A DNA stretch of 60,426 nt, the filler included, from Catajapyx aquilonaris (taxonomy: Eukaryota), in the NCBI GenBank assembly GCA_000934665.2. It is 3 parts of 3 records of this genome, joined end to end, with 100 filler letters (N's around TTAATTAATTAA, not from the genome) between each part and the next. Parts side by side here need not be neighbours in the genome. Positions count along the whole stretch, not along the records: positions 1 to 20,064 come from JYFJ02006336.1; 2 more parts are not named here. One strand, 5' to 3'. Under the pieces are notes generated by a model that was given only the letters and a program-made list of their open reading frames with translations, had not been told where the DNA came from and did no database searches. Shown one piece after another: positions 1 through 11,739 of this stretch. Position numbers and translations under genes: made by a program. Positions within the stretch are counted from its first letter, which is position 1. Every line of letters starts with the position of its first letter.

Positions 1-25
1 CCCCCCCCCCCTCTGCAGGGCCCTG
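1..25. mobile_element. Terminal inverted repeat of a hAT-like non-autonomous DNA transposon (rest lies outside the window), abutting exon 3 of paralogue A
   Basis: C-run+CTCTGCAGGGCCCTG is the reverse complement of the element start CAGGGCCCTGCAGAGGGGG at 19251. Paralogous exon-3 sequence resumes right after position 25. Confidence 0.75.
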
Positions 26-422
26 CCTTATGCTCTGCAAGTGCTTTCGTTGATTCAGTGTTTGCCCTGAATGGCGTCTGCGAGGTAGGCTGATTATAAA
101 CCGCTTTTATCCTACAGCTATTACAATGAGCAATATTTGACCATGGCTTTAATCTTTTCAGGAAAAATCAGGGTGGCTGACTGAATTCATGCATCTGCTG
201 TTCATCAATGCCATGTTGGCTTTGGCCATTTTCATCTGGATTTGTGTCAATTATGCCTTTCATCTCAAGATTTTCTTCTACACCTTGGACATTGTAAACT
301 TGTACTTTTCTTTCGTGGTCTATTCATACAAGAATTCTCCTGAGTTTGATTTGGCCACCTTGGAAATGATTGATAATAATGTCATCAGTGCCATGACTGC
401 TGAGCGTGAAAACACAGAGTGA
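26..422 (+). pseudogene. Paralogue A of the four-TM membrane protein family: 3' part of exon 3 (26-84) and exon 4 (162-422); exon 3 interrupted by a transposon end
   Basis: GT at 85, TTTTCAG ending at 161. The spliced frame reads LCSASAFVDSVFALNGVCE|EKSGWLTEFMHLLFINAMLALAIF...SAMTAERENTE*, highly similar to copy C (13126-13562). Confidence 0.75.
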
Positions 423-1815
423 TTTTTTATTAATAAGCATAATCACTGCCTTTCCTTTAAACAGTAAACGTTTTTCAAGACAGAGCAGGGAACAAGTTTC
501 CAGGAGCAATAAATAAGGGTGACACAGTTCTGACCCATCTTGAGAGTACGGTAGGCCTGCCGGTATATTAGAGATGCCTTCAAAATTGTTGATAATACAC
601 TGTACCAATTCTATTACTTACTCGACATGGTGAGCACTAAGTTGGAATAAAATGACTTTGTGTACCTTCTGATATTTAGCTTATTCTGCACGAATTACAT
701 AAGTGCAAATAACTTCTGGTGCATGGAAAAGTCCTTTTTGTTCTGGAAGAGTTGTATTTTACCTTCAATAAAATACATTTGAAACACATATTTTGAATCA
801 TATTAGTAAAGTATATTGTTCTGTTTGCATAACATTTTATTTATCACACATCTCTATTAATTTTCTACTTAATGTAGGGCAAGCTGTCTTACTAACCCAC
901 TTCCAGACTTCTAAGAGACCTGAAACTTGGCACACTATTGGATGATGCATTCCTCATTTAGTGAAAATTCAAAACCGCACTTGTTCCAGTCTTACAACCA
1001 AAATTACCATTATGGCTAATGACAAGGTTTTTGGCTCCTGAACAATTTTAGCTGATTCTAATGTATTCACAACCACTGATTCCGAATATGAAGTCAGAAA
1101 GTGTCCATTACCCTCCATTTTGTTTGTAAGAGACATACCTTATTTGCGGAATGTACACTGCACATTGCTCAATATGACTAATATAATTATGGTCAACAAT
1201 GGTTTTCTTAATTGCACCATTTTCACATTTTACCATGTATTAGTAGGCGCTGATTGTGAATTTGAAGTCAGAATTTCAATATCGGCATCCATTTTCTTGT
1301 AACAAGCGTATACCTTGTTTTCTTGAATTACTGCGCGTTGCTCATTGTCACCTACATAATTTTTGTAAACATTATTCCATATGAGGGTTTTGGTATATCT
1401 ATACAATGGAGGATCATAACTAATCTATACTAAGTTCATATACTAAGCCCTGTCAGTCATTACATACTCAGAAATTTATTTCAAAGTGTATGACTCTATC
1501 CTACATTAAGAGGGTTTTTTTGATACCGTAAAATGCCAATTACTCAAAAACTGTAGGTGATAGAAAATATCGGTTAACATATTTGAAATAAGCACAGCAA
1601 AGAATACAATAAGAATCACACCATTATATACTGTACGTACTGTACATGTGCCGGAAACATTTATTATGTTGATCAGTGATGCTAATACTTTTTAACCGTA
1701 GTAATGCCAATGACTCAAAAACTATAGGTGATAGAGTCAAATGGTTAACATATTTGAAATCAGGACAGACAGTACTATAGGAATCGCACTCTCATTTACA
1801 CGCGACAAAATAATT

Positions 1816-2064
1816 GAAGGGGTTAGTGCCATAACGTGCTAAGCCACACTTTTGTGTTTTTTGAGCTTGCACGTGTCTGAAAGTCCCACCATCGTGCTTC
1901 ACAAGTGGGCATCACGTAGTTAGAAAAATTCCCCATAGATCACGAGAAAATCACGAATAATGTTCCTTGTTTTGTATGATTTGCCATATTAAGCCAAACT
2001 TTTGAAAGCCCATATCTCAGAATGAAGGTTTTGTGGCTTAGCACGTTATGGCACTAACCCATTC
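1816..2064. mobile_element. MITE with AATT target-site duplication (Sola1-like)
   Basis: ~33-bp TIR GAAKGGGTTAGTGCCATAACGTGCTAAGCCACA at both ends. AATT at 1812-1815 and 2065-2068; AWWT targets are typical of Sola1. Confidence 0.7.
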
Positions 2065-2097
2065 AATTGCAATAATTTTGTTGATCAGTGCTACATA

Positions 2098-2408
2098 CAG
2101 AGGGTGGATCCGCTAACTCTGGCAAAAATCACAGGGTTGGTCGAGGCCCCATAGGCAAGTATTTTGAGCTTCAATACCCATGTCTCGCATTGCGAGTGTC
2201 AAGTGAAAAACCTGATGAATGCCTGATGAACATAACCTTCAAGTATGATGGGTTGCCTACCCACCAGGTACAACAGACCAAAGGTGGAAACGGCTGTACC
2301 CCCGTACGGAGGGGATTTCCGGACATGGGTACCGAAGCTCAACATACTTGCCTATGGGGCCTCTACCGACCCTGTGATTTTTGCCAGAGTTAGTGCGGAT
2401 CCACCCTG
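2098..2408. mobile_element. Tc1/mariner-type MITE
   Basis: ~85-bp imperfect TIRs (CAG(AG)GGTGGATCCGC..TAACTCTGGCAAAAATCACAGGGT...); TA on both sides (2096-97, 2409-10). Confidence 0.85.
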
Positions 2409-3356
2409 TATAATTATATACATATTCATTGCTACCATAAAATACTGATTACCGTACTCAAAAACTGTGGGTGATAGAAGAAATTGGTTAACACATTTGA
2501 TATCAGTGCAAAAAATAAAATAGGAATCGCACATTCATGTACATGGGCCAAAAAAAAGTTCAATTTTGTTCCCTAGTGTGATATTGAAGTCTCAGTGGTG
2601 TTTCCACCACCCGTTCTTCCGATTATTTCATGGAAAGAGTGGTAAGGGCCCGCCCATCATGGTGGTGGTGGGGAGGGGGGTGTGTGTATGTGTGTGTTCC
2701 CCACCCCGGGAAACGCTCAATAACTTATATCAGCCAGGTAGGCGATTTTGATGTCCAGCTTTTCATAAAGTGGTGATAAACAGCTATGAACTTAATGAAA
2801 CTGACCACACAAGTCTTGTCCTTCTCACTTTGTGGATGCTCAGCGTTGATCTACTATCGTGTAGGGATAGTTCCACTGGTCACACCATCCACTGCTACTG
2901 AAACCATCCATATGGTTGATTCGAAAAGCGAAGTCCTTTGCGGATGACATAGGCCCTACAAGAGTTTACGAGATAAAGGCTTCTAAGTTATCTATTGCAG
3001 CTGACATGGTGGTGGTATTTCCCAGGATAAGTACTTTTGATATAGAATAATAGCATGTCTATCATCTATAAGTCAAATGGAGCCAGTCGACCACACCACT
3101 GCAAGCTCTTCCATGCCACTCGATGCCACTTACCAGCCAATGGCAAGGCAGAACCCTGCTCTATAAAGCCCAGTACCGGATAGCAGAATGCCAACATTAT
3201 TTTGTTATAATATACCAAACTGCTAGCGCATGAAATGCAATGTATTACAACATAATTATGGCATAGAGATAAAACTGCAACCAGAATTTCACTTTCAGTT
3301 TTCAGCTCCTCGTTTCAGGGAGATGATAAAGTATTCATTTTATCAATCTTGATACA

Positions 3357-3832
3357 CAGGGTGATGGAGTTGTCGCGGACAGTCGTCAGGTAGACTGATA
3401 CAAATGCGCAAAACTAACATAGGGATGAGCAATTAGTTTTGGGCGCCGTTGCATAGTTAATGCATACGGCGCCTTCAAAGTTTCGTGACATCACATTCGC
3501 TCCGCCAGCTTCAAAGAAGTAAAAGTCAGTTCGAGGGGGGCCCTCCAAATAATCCGCCTTGGTCCCACAATGCATTGTTCATGTGCAATAGCTATTGCAC
3601 ATGGACAATGCATTGTGGGGCTCAAATCCCATCAGAGTAAGAATCCGGGAGTGACACCTGCGCACTTTGTCATTGTTTACCTCATAATTATGCCGCCATC
3701 TGACACTGTACTTTAACGGTGCCTTACGCATTAACTACGCAACTGTGCCAAAAACTAATTGCACATTCCTATATAGTTTTGCGAGTGCTATCATTCTACC
3801 TGGGGATTGTCCGTGAGAATTCCTTCACCCTG
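3357..3832. mobile_element. Tc1/mariner-type MITE (nested)
   Basis: CAGGGTGA...TCACCCTG termini with ~115-bp degenerate inverted arms; TA after the right end. Confidence 0.75.
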
Positions 3833-4042
3833 TATAGATGAAGAACATATGCCTTTCATGACTCCAATAGCATTATTATTTTTATAGTGTTTGTTACAAC
3901 ATCACTTGCTGTTGTGACACAACAGCTTTCCTGTGATGTGCTCATTACACAAATTACTGCTTTCACCATACGATCATTGCTGTTCAAAATTGCTTATCAT
4001 AAATGTTGTAAACACTGCAAATACATAGATCATATAATATTA

Positions 4043-4366
4043 CACTGCACTCCCGATTACCCGGTCCAATGGCTGCACAAGTGTTGCCGGATAATAGGAA
4101 AATGGTTCTGTATACCGTAAAAGTGAGCTGTTCGGAGGTTTTAAATGAACTACTGCCCATACTGTACACTGCTTTAAATAATTTTTAATCAAAATAGTGA
4201 AACTTCCCATACAGTCATAGTTTGTTTTCTGGAAAAAGTGTGCTTTATTTATTTTTTGCAAGAAACATTGACAATTTTCCGGACTTTTATTTATCTTCCT
4301 TCCTTTGTTTTGGCGATGCACGGATAATCCGCACCCGGATAATCGTGGAGTAGGCCTACAGCAGTG
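4043..4366. mobile_element. pogo/Tigger-like MITE (nested)
   Basis: TA-CACTGCACTCCCGATTACCCGG ... CCGGATAATCGTGGAGT..GCAGTG-TA; degenerate TIR with TA flanks. Confidence 0.6.
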
Positions 4367-5357
4367 TATAATTATGCTATTATCCGCTATTATCTATACC
4401 ACAACTACTTATCCTGGGAAATACCACCACCATGTCAGCATGCTGTAATAGGTCACTAAGTCATTATCTCGTAAACTCTTTTATGTCAACCACAACGACT
4501 TCGCTTTTAGAATCAACCATATGGATGATTTCCCTATGATGCCAAGTTTCATAGGGCTACTCAACTTACAGCAAGTACCGTTCCCTTGTAAGACATGCTT
4601 ATGTAGCATAGCGTCTATTTTTAGTAGGCTACGAGGAGAGGAAGAACTTCTTCTGGATGATAGTGCACATACAACATCCTTCCAGGTAGTGCAGTGGTTT
4701 TCAAGCACTGACTCTGAAAAGCAAGCAGACCTGTTATAATTATACACTATTAAAGCTGTGAGTAGTTATACCCAAGTGAAGAGGTGACAATGGCTTTAAA
4801 GACATGCTTGGGTGTTTTTTCCCTCCGTGGAGGTACGGTCTTTGCGGCGTTGATATCAGCGGTAAGTAGCATACCATAGATCATTGTTCCTTTTCCAGTT
4901 TCAGTAAAGGCTAGAAAAGACCCATGCTGCATTACTAATATCCATTTCCAGGTTGCATCAGTGGTTGTCATCCAGACATGCATTGAGGTCTTTGTAGCGA
5001 TATCAGAGCTGGAGAGTAGTATTGACGGTAGGCATAAAGTTCACACTTCCATTAACTTACATGTTGCACTCTCAGGCTTGTCACCAGCGTCTATAGGTTG
5101 GGAAAAAACATCCTGAAGTAAAAAGCAACAGCTGAAAAAACTGAAGTAATGAGATACAGTAATAACAAAATCAGCCTGTTCAATAGGAATACCATACACT
5201 GTAAAATATTAGTCATTCTTGACTTAAATTATGTACCATAATTACTGGAATTTTTAAAATTCTCAATCCCACACTTTTATTAACTCACATTGATTTCAAC
5301 AGGATCACCCTGGTTCATACTCATATTTGTCACCATTTACTCTGCAATATATTTTAA

Positions 5358-6238
5358 CCCTGTAGCGGGCATTGTTGCCTGAGGGCAACAATTAATTTGC
5401 GCAGGCGCCATAAGCTTCAACATTGGTCCTGGAAACCACAGTGTGGCTTGATGTCACCGTTAGATTGTTAGCTTCCGCTGGATGACATGCAATGTCGACA
5501 ATGATACGATCAGGATATGGTATGAAGCGGAGAGAAGCCAAGGTCGTTGAAAATGGCGCGAAATTTGAATTTGCTGAAGCAGCAATTGTTTCTGGAGCTG
5601 ATTAGATATAGGTGCAGATATTAAATATCCAATTGCATGTGTAACACTGCAAGAGTAGCTCTCTCGTCGCCATTTGAGGCCATTCTAATTTTGCCAGCAC
5701 AATTTCATCACAATTTTTTGGCGGAGCAGGCGCAATATTGCTTGAGGTTTGAGTCCTAAGTCATTGTACTATTTTTATTCGAAAACGGAAATATGTACAG
5801 ATATGACCATTACTACGTTTTAAAGGCCCGGCGATTACAATTTGGACTGGAATATAGATGGCCCCGAGATCTCAAGGGGAGCCGGTAAACGAAAGGGGAT
5901 CGTGACCCCCCACCCCGAGCTGCATGAGACGGTGGAAGGGTGGGGGTTATGATCGCCTTTAGTTTTCTGGTCCCCTTTGCGATATGGATGCCATCTATTT
6001 ATCAGATGAAATTGTAATCACCGGACCTTCAAAACTTAGCAAAGGTCATCTCTGCATGTGTTACCATTTTTGAATAAAAAAATACTCGCCATGACTTTTG
6101 ACTCACCCAGTGTAACTTCAGAGTCATTGGGTCAGAGATGACCAAAACATAATAAAAACCATCCTTAAGTAGCATATGATGAGAAAAAGGCGTTAGAATT
6201 TTTTTCTTCCCACAATCCTAAATGTGTGCAGTACAGGG
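5358..6238. mobile_element. Non-autonomous piggyBac-like element (881 bp)
   Basis: TTAA at 5354-5357 and 6239-6242 with CCCTGTA...TACAGGG termini. Precise removal restores the paralogous exon. No transposase ORF. Confidence 0.85.
5750..6105. repeat. Imperfect ~355-bp palindrome (nested MITE or internal foldback) inside the piggyBac-like element
   Basis: TGAGTC..AAGTCAT..TTTTTATTCGAAAA..CCGGCGATTACAATTT..ATAGATGGC..ACCCCCCACCCC is mirrored by GGGGTGGGGGT..GCCATCTAT..AAATTGTAATCACCGG..TTTTGAATAAAAA..ATGACTT..GACTCA. Confidence 0.75.
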
Positions 6239-6712
6239 TTAATGCTTCAGTGATTGCCCTGCATGGCGTTCACAAGGTAAGACATAATAATAAATCCCTT
6301 AATCCAGCTATTATTATGCGCAATATTTGACTATTGTTTTCATCTTTTCAGGCTCAATCAGGGCTTCTTATTCCCTTCATGATTCTGCTGTTAGTCAGTG
6401 CCATTCTGTATTTGGCAATTTTTCTATGGTTGTGGATTAAATATACCTTTGTTCTGAAGCTCTTCTTCTACACAATGGACCTACTGGTTCCACACTTGTA
6501 CTTCTTCTTCGTGGTCTATTCATACAAGAATTCGCTCTCGTTGGGATCGATCAGACTGGAAATGAGCAACAGCGCAACAGTATCATGACAGAGTGAAAAT
6601 AGGATACATTTTTACCTTTACATTATGGTCATATCAATTATAAAACATGGATCGTGTTTACTGCATTCATCACAATGTTTTTTCTCTATTAATAACACTT
6701 TTCAACACGATA

Positions 6713-6903
6713 TTTGTCATTGGAAATTCATTGCTATTTCCATGTTCCTTAGGTCATTCGTAACTCATAATAGGCATTCATTTTGTCTTTGATTTGTTTT
6801 TGAGCGGGGCAGGCAAAAATAAATCAAAGGGAAAATGAATGCTCATTATGAGTTACTTGTGACCTAAGGAACACGAATATGATGATGAATTTCCATGCAC
6901 AAA
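6713..6903. repeat. ~190-bp foldback hairpin in the 3' flank of paralogue B
   Basis: TGGAAATTCAT..TGTTCCTTAGGTCA..GTAACTCATAAT..GCATTCATTTT..CTTTGATTT is mirrored exactly or nearly so. The hairpin is absent from the homologous 3' flank of D. Confidence 0.75.
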
Positions 6904-7856
6904 AAAAAGTCAAATTTTGTTGCATTGTGTAATTCATTTAATGACTAATACTGTATACCTGCTGTATTTCTAAAATTGTATTCAGTAGGCTAAAAATTCC
7001 TCCGGGGCTTTTGAAAATACGTATACACTAATATTCACCATTGACACAGTTTGAAAAATTACGTGACATGCCGTATATTGCATTTCAGTCGCAGTGTAGT
7101 AAAATACATTTCATCAACACAGATGTTCATTCAATTTTTGGTGTCAGACTTTACCTATTTTTATTTCAGTCTACCAGTTGTGTATGAATTTTATATTGTT
7201 TGATGTGAGGGGCCTAAAATTTATATCCCAAATTAATAATTGCATCAGGCACACTATTGTGCAAAACTATCTAAAATCACTAGTGAGGGGTAATATATTC
7301 ATAATTATATATATCTGTTGATAATATTATTGACCACCTGTTTGTTATCCACTGCATATAACTTTCATTCCCATAAATGCTTTGTGATTTTGTCAAAACC
7401 ATTTCACGCCTTTTCTTGTTTTCCTGCCATTTGCACTTGTCTGGCACGTGTATGCCCTTCTTCCACCTTGTCTCCAGTCTGACATCATTGCGTGGGGGGG
7501 ATTGGCTGAAGTCCCTCACACTCTCCTTTTTGTATCTGGTTTTGAAGCATCAATAACTTACATGATTGTGGTTTTACTCTCCAATCTGGTGTCCTTACTT
7601 CACTGAACGGGCGTTACTGAGCTAGTCTGGGTGTGACCGGAAGTAAGGGGTCACACACAGGGTTGGCAATAATCAATGATTATTTTAAAATAATCAAATA
7701 ATCGGATTATTTTGATAATAGTGTTATTATTTGTAGTACAGCACTTTATTTCATTTTCCTGATAAAAACCCCACCTGCTATTTGAAGAAAATCAAGAAAT
7801 GTATGTCAATATTGTCAAACATGTTACATTCCAAGGAAAGTGCATTATACAATATA

Positions 7857-8350
7857 CAGTCAATCCTCGTTTAACACGGATTCCGCTTACTTGGGAGCGA
7901 CTTGCCGAATAGACTATTCAGTAGTGTACCTGTGTACATACCTGTAAGTCTGTAACACTTATAGTATTATTGTACACTACTGCATCTGTATTACGCAGAA
8001 AGCAGTGCCTGATGTACTAACTCTGTGGCTCTGTCATGTTCTCATGAACTGATTATGATAATTAAACTGTATTTTACTACATATACAATAAGTACAATTC
8101 ACAATAATTGTACAATAATATTGCACAATAAGTCAAGACTCAAGAGTCAAGAGTTTTAAGTTTTAACTTTTTGACTGGTGAGTTTGTGATTATTGGTATA
8201 GGATAAATGTATGACGAACCTGGTCCCCCAGGAACCTATCCCCTTATTTCCCAATTCCCATAAGATTAAATGATTAATGCAATAATGTTTCACTTTACAC
8301 GAAGTCACGAACCTATCCGGCTATCCCCGATGTTAAACAAGGATTGACTG
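7857..8350. mobile_element. pogo/Tigger-like MITE nested in the hAT/P-like element
   Basis: TA-CAGTCAATCCTCGTTTAACA ... TGTTAAACAAGGATTGACTG-TA. Confidence 0.85.
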
Positions 8351-8440
8351 TACATGGTTCTATGGTAGGATATTTTTTTAGCCTTTCAACATTTTAACTT
8401 CTTTACAGTGGAATCAAATAATACCTGTTACCTCATGGGC

Positions 8441-8478
<38 letters not shown>

Positions 8479-8488
8479 GTTGTTGTTT

Positions 8489-8571
<83 letters not shown>

Positions 8572-8590
8572 GTTGTTATTATTATTATTG
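8441..8590. repeat. Compound (TTA)n/(TTG)n microsatellite
   Basis: Directly visible trinucleotide runs. Confidence 0.95.
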
Positions 8591-8705
8591 ATTATAATCA
8601 AGATTATTCATTATTAATCAGTTGATTATAATCATGATTATAATCGATGATTATAATCAATTGATAATCATGCCAACCCTGGTCACACATGATGTAGGCC
8701 TATTT

Positions 8706-9747
8706 CCGAACCAGAGATTGTACAATACCCATATTATGCATAGACATATCAAGATGAGATATACATTGTACAATGTATCAGGGCAATTCCATAGTAGGCT
8801 ACTTGAACAAAATAATATACCAGTAATATTATCAACTGGTTGCCAATACTGTATATTGCTCGTAAACAATCATGCCATTCCCCCATGCAACAGGCATTAC
8901 AAAATACAATCATATTGTGGTCCACAGTGGTTGGAAACCTCTGAAACCATCGCCTAAAAATGTAAGTATGGATGAGAGTGACATGTAAACATATTGGCAA
9001 TCATTACACACACCGCACTGTAGAGGCACATCTGACTTATTCCACTTTATTTTTTCAAGAATACCGGTACATCATGTGCGCCTTGTGCAGCATGCAAGAA
9101 AGTACTGTACAAGCAAGAATTGAGCCTTTCTTTAGGTGATTGTCGATACCTTGTTCCAGCGGGTTCAAAATTAAATTATTGTTATGGAAAAATGATAACA
9201 GATTAAAACTGGCGAAATTAAGTGTCATGAGAGGTTTCCGATAACCAGCATTGGGCCATGTGCTCCCACAAACATCATGAGGTCTCAGCACTGACTGTGA
9301 GACCTTACGATGCTTCCACCAGCATTAAACAAAGGCATACCTATTTGTCGTACCTGTAGACAGAAATATTGAGATAGCCTAAGAATAAAAAACTTAATCA
9401 GTGTCTCCGCCAACCAAACAAAAATATACGGCCGGCGTTGATCTACATATTATTTTAAAAACTGGTACCGATACACAAGAGATATTTGTGCACTTCAGTC
9501 ATGATAATCTTATTAATTATTATTAGACGTTAATAAAAATGAGTTCAATCAGTTAACTTTAGTTAATTTTTGTGATGGTATCTGTGAATTTTGTCTACTC
9601 AACATGTTTCAAGTATGAATAACAGAAATACACGGAAGTCATCTGCCTGAACCAAAACAGTTTGCTAAAATGACACTATTTCCACTGAAACTCCAAGCCA
9701 CATGCTACACTTGCCTATGTGAATACCAAAATATTCGCTCTTATTAA
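8706..9747. repeat. ~1-kb segmental duplication block, copy 1 (copy 2 at 14127-15124)
   Basis: Colinear shared strings, e.g. CCGAACCAGAGATT, GGTCCACAGTGGTTGGAAAC, GAGTGACATGTAAACATATTGGCAATCATTACACACACC, TAGGTGATTGTCGATACCTTGTTCCAGC, GGGCCATGTGCTCCCACAA, GCCTGAACCAAAACA. Confidence 0.9.
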
Positions 9748-10693
9748 TGTGGGACAAGCTGTCTTACTAACCCACTTCCTGACTTCTTAGAGTCCTGAAA
9801 CTTGACACACTATTGGATTCCTACGTATTCCGTGTTGAGCGAAAATTCAAAACCGCACCTTATTCCTGTCTAACAACAAAAATGAGCATTTTGGGTAATG
9901 ATTGAACTGGTAGTTCTGGTATGCGAGATGGATGACTGAAGCCCGTAGGAGTTATGAAAGAAGTTGACATATTATGTTTTAACCTTTTTAGAATGAAGGC
10001 ACATTATAAGGCTCAAATAACTACAATGGAATCAATGTTACACAACCATATTTCGTCTCTGCAACAGAGGTGCAGAACGGGTACCATGATAATTATAGTT
10101 AATCATAAATTGCATTCAGTGCTGTGCGACCACAATTTGGCACATGTAGCCTACAGTAGTAGTAACTGATGCAACGTCTCAGTGGTGTTTCCACTAGCAT
10201 TGTACTTAAGGAAATTGTCATCTCTGCAATACACAGGAAACGGATAACTTATTAGGCTACAATTATTGCTACACTATATCAGCCTAACAAGAATTTTATA
10301 ATGGCGTTCCCCACCCCGAGCAACACTCAAATAATATCAGCCAGGTAGGATATTTTGATATCCAGCTTCTCATAAATTGGTATTAAACAGATGAACTGAA
10401 TGAAACTGACCACACAAGTCTCGTCCTTCTAACTTCGTGGATGCTCAGCGTTGATCTACCATCATGTAGGGATAGTTCGACTGGTCACACCCTCCACTGC
10501 TACTAAGATATGTTCATGTGACGAGTTCGAGGAGAGTAAGAACTTCTTCTGGATGATAGTGCATATACAGCATCCTTCCAGGCGGTGCAGTGGTTTTCAT
10601 GCACTGATGACTCTGCAAAGCAAGCAGACCTGTTATACACAAAAAAAATTGAGCTGTGATGAGTAATTATACGCAAAGTGAAGAGGTGACAAT

Positions 10694-10929
10694 ATGGCTC
10701 GACATGCTTGGGTGTTTTTTCCCTCCGTGGAAGTACAGTCTTTGCGGCTTTGATATCAACAGTAAGTAGTATACCATAGATCATTGTTCCTTTTCCAGTT
10801 TAATAAAAGGCTAGAAGAGACCCACGGTGCATTACTAACATCCATTTCCAGGTCGCATCAGTGGTTGTCTTCCAAGGATGCGTTGATGCCACTGTATTTC
10901 AGAGCAGGAGAGTAGCTGGTATATTGACG
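10694..10929 (+). pseudogene. Paralogue B': frameshifted exons 1-2 only (10694-10761, 10852-10929); exons 3-4 missing
   Basis: Exon 1 is 68 nt versus 72 (ATGGCTCGACATGC vs ATGGCTTTAAAGACATGC) and exon 2 is 78 nt (wrong phase). Upstream region and introns match B until ~11205, then the sequence is unrelated. Confidence 0.85.
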
Positions 10930-11739
10930 GTAGGCATAAAGTTCACACTTGCATTAACTTATAATTATGTTACACTCTCAGGCTTGTCAGCGTCTACAGG
11001 TTAGGAAAAAACATCTTGAAGTAAAAAAGCAACGTCTGAAAAAACTGAAGTAATAGGTTACAGCAGGTTACAGTAATAACAAAATCAGCCGTTTCAATCG
11101 GAATACCTTAGGCTTAGACTGTAAAATATTAGTCATTCTTGACTTAAATTTAATATGTACCATAATTACTGTAATTTTTTCAATTCTCAACCACAGACTT
11201 TATGACTAATACTGTGTATACCTGCATCCGGACTCTACCATATTATTACTGGCTATGGGAAAATATCTTAAATGATGGAACCTATCACATTGATAGATAT
11301 CATAATATATTATGTCTTGTTTGACGCCAAATCACTTTAAGCCTCTACCAAAGGTGACAAATGATACAATTTGGGACATGTGTTAAGTGTTCTAACCTGT
11401 TATAAGAAAAAACATACCTTCAGGCTTCTTAATTGTTTAGTGAAAAATTATAAGGTACCTGTACCGAATAAGGCCCAGTATTGATATCTCTGTTAATTGC
11501 GGGACGTTGTAATGCAATATGGCATGCAGGGGTCGATTATGCATCAAAAAGTGAGTACAGTTCAGCAGAGGGCATGCTCGTACAGGACACACATCGGTGC
11601 ATGAATTTAGCCAGTCATTGTCGAGAGGCCAGAAAAACAACTGCATTGTAATTTTGCATGCTGAGAAAACCTGGATACAAGACAAGTAGTGCTACATGTA
11701 ATGGTACATACCGACACCTGAGCGACTGAGGATAGCTAT

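Larger units (their letters stand above)
1525..2581. repeat. Three degenerate direct copies (~150 bp) of a probable DNA-transposon terminal segment
   Basis: ACCGTA..ACTCAAAAACTRTRGGTGATAGA..GGTTAACAYATTTGA..GAATCRCA..TGTT..AGTG recurs at ~1525-1680, ~1695-2092 (split by a MITE) and ~2451-2581. Confidence 0.65.
2900..4532. mobile_element. Foldback element with ~150-bp inverted arms (2900-3056 / 4386-4532) containing nested MITEs
   Basis: GAAACCATCCATATGGTTGATTC...GCTGACATGGTGGTGGTATTTCCCAGGATAAGTA is mirrored as TACTTATCCTGGGAAATACCACCACCATGTCAGC...GAATCAACCATATGGATGATTTC. The segment is absent from the paralogous upstream region at ~10500-10530. Confidence 0.75.
4790..6588 (+). pseudogene. 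Paralogue B (exons 4790-4861, 4952-5027, 5303-5357+6243-6276, 6352-6588); exon 3 interrupted by a piggyBac-like element; 157 aa if the element is removed
   Basis: Canonical GT/AG at every junction, intron phases 0/1/0 as in copies C and D. Removing 5358-6242 restores an 89-nt exon 3, the same length as in D: MALKTCLGVFSLRGGTVFAALISA|VASVVVIQTCIEVFVAISELESSIDG|SPWFILIFVTIYSAIYFNASVIALHGVHK|AQSGLLIPFMIL... Confidence 0.85.
7658..8681. mobile_element. Non-autonomous hAT/P-like element with 8-bp TSD
   Basis: TIR CAGGGTTGGCA / TGCCAACCCTG, perfect TSD GTCACACA (7650-7657, 8682-8689), and subterminal ATAATC/GATTAT repeats. Confidence 0.9.

Noticed and set aside
1525..2581. CRISPR-like repeat-spacer array
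   Set aside because: Repeats are ~150 bp, degenerate and irregularly spaced, in a eukaryotic context with no cas genes.
7280..7550. Minus-strand Lys/Arg-rich ORF near a CCGGAAGT motif at ~7637
   Set aside because: No ATG start or convincing splice frame and no recognisable homology; not supportable, though a gene fragment cannot be excluded.
8408..8617. Poly-Leu ORF (also the Leu/Tyr-run ORFs at 22001-22198 and 22143-22526)
   Set aside because: These are translations of (TTA)/(TTG)/(TAA)/(CAA) microsatellites and SINE sequence.
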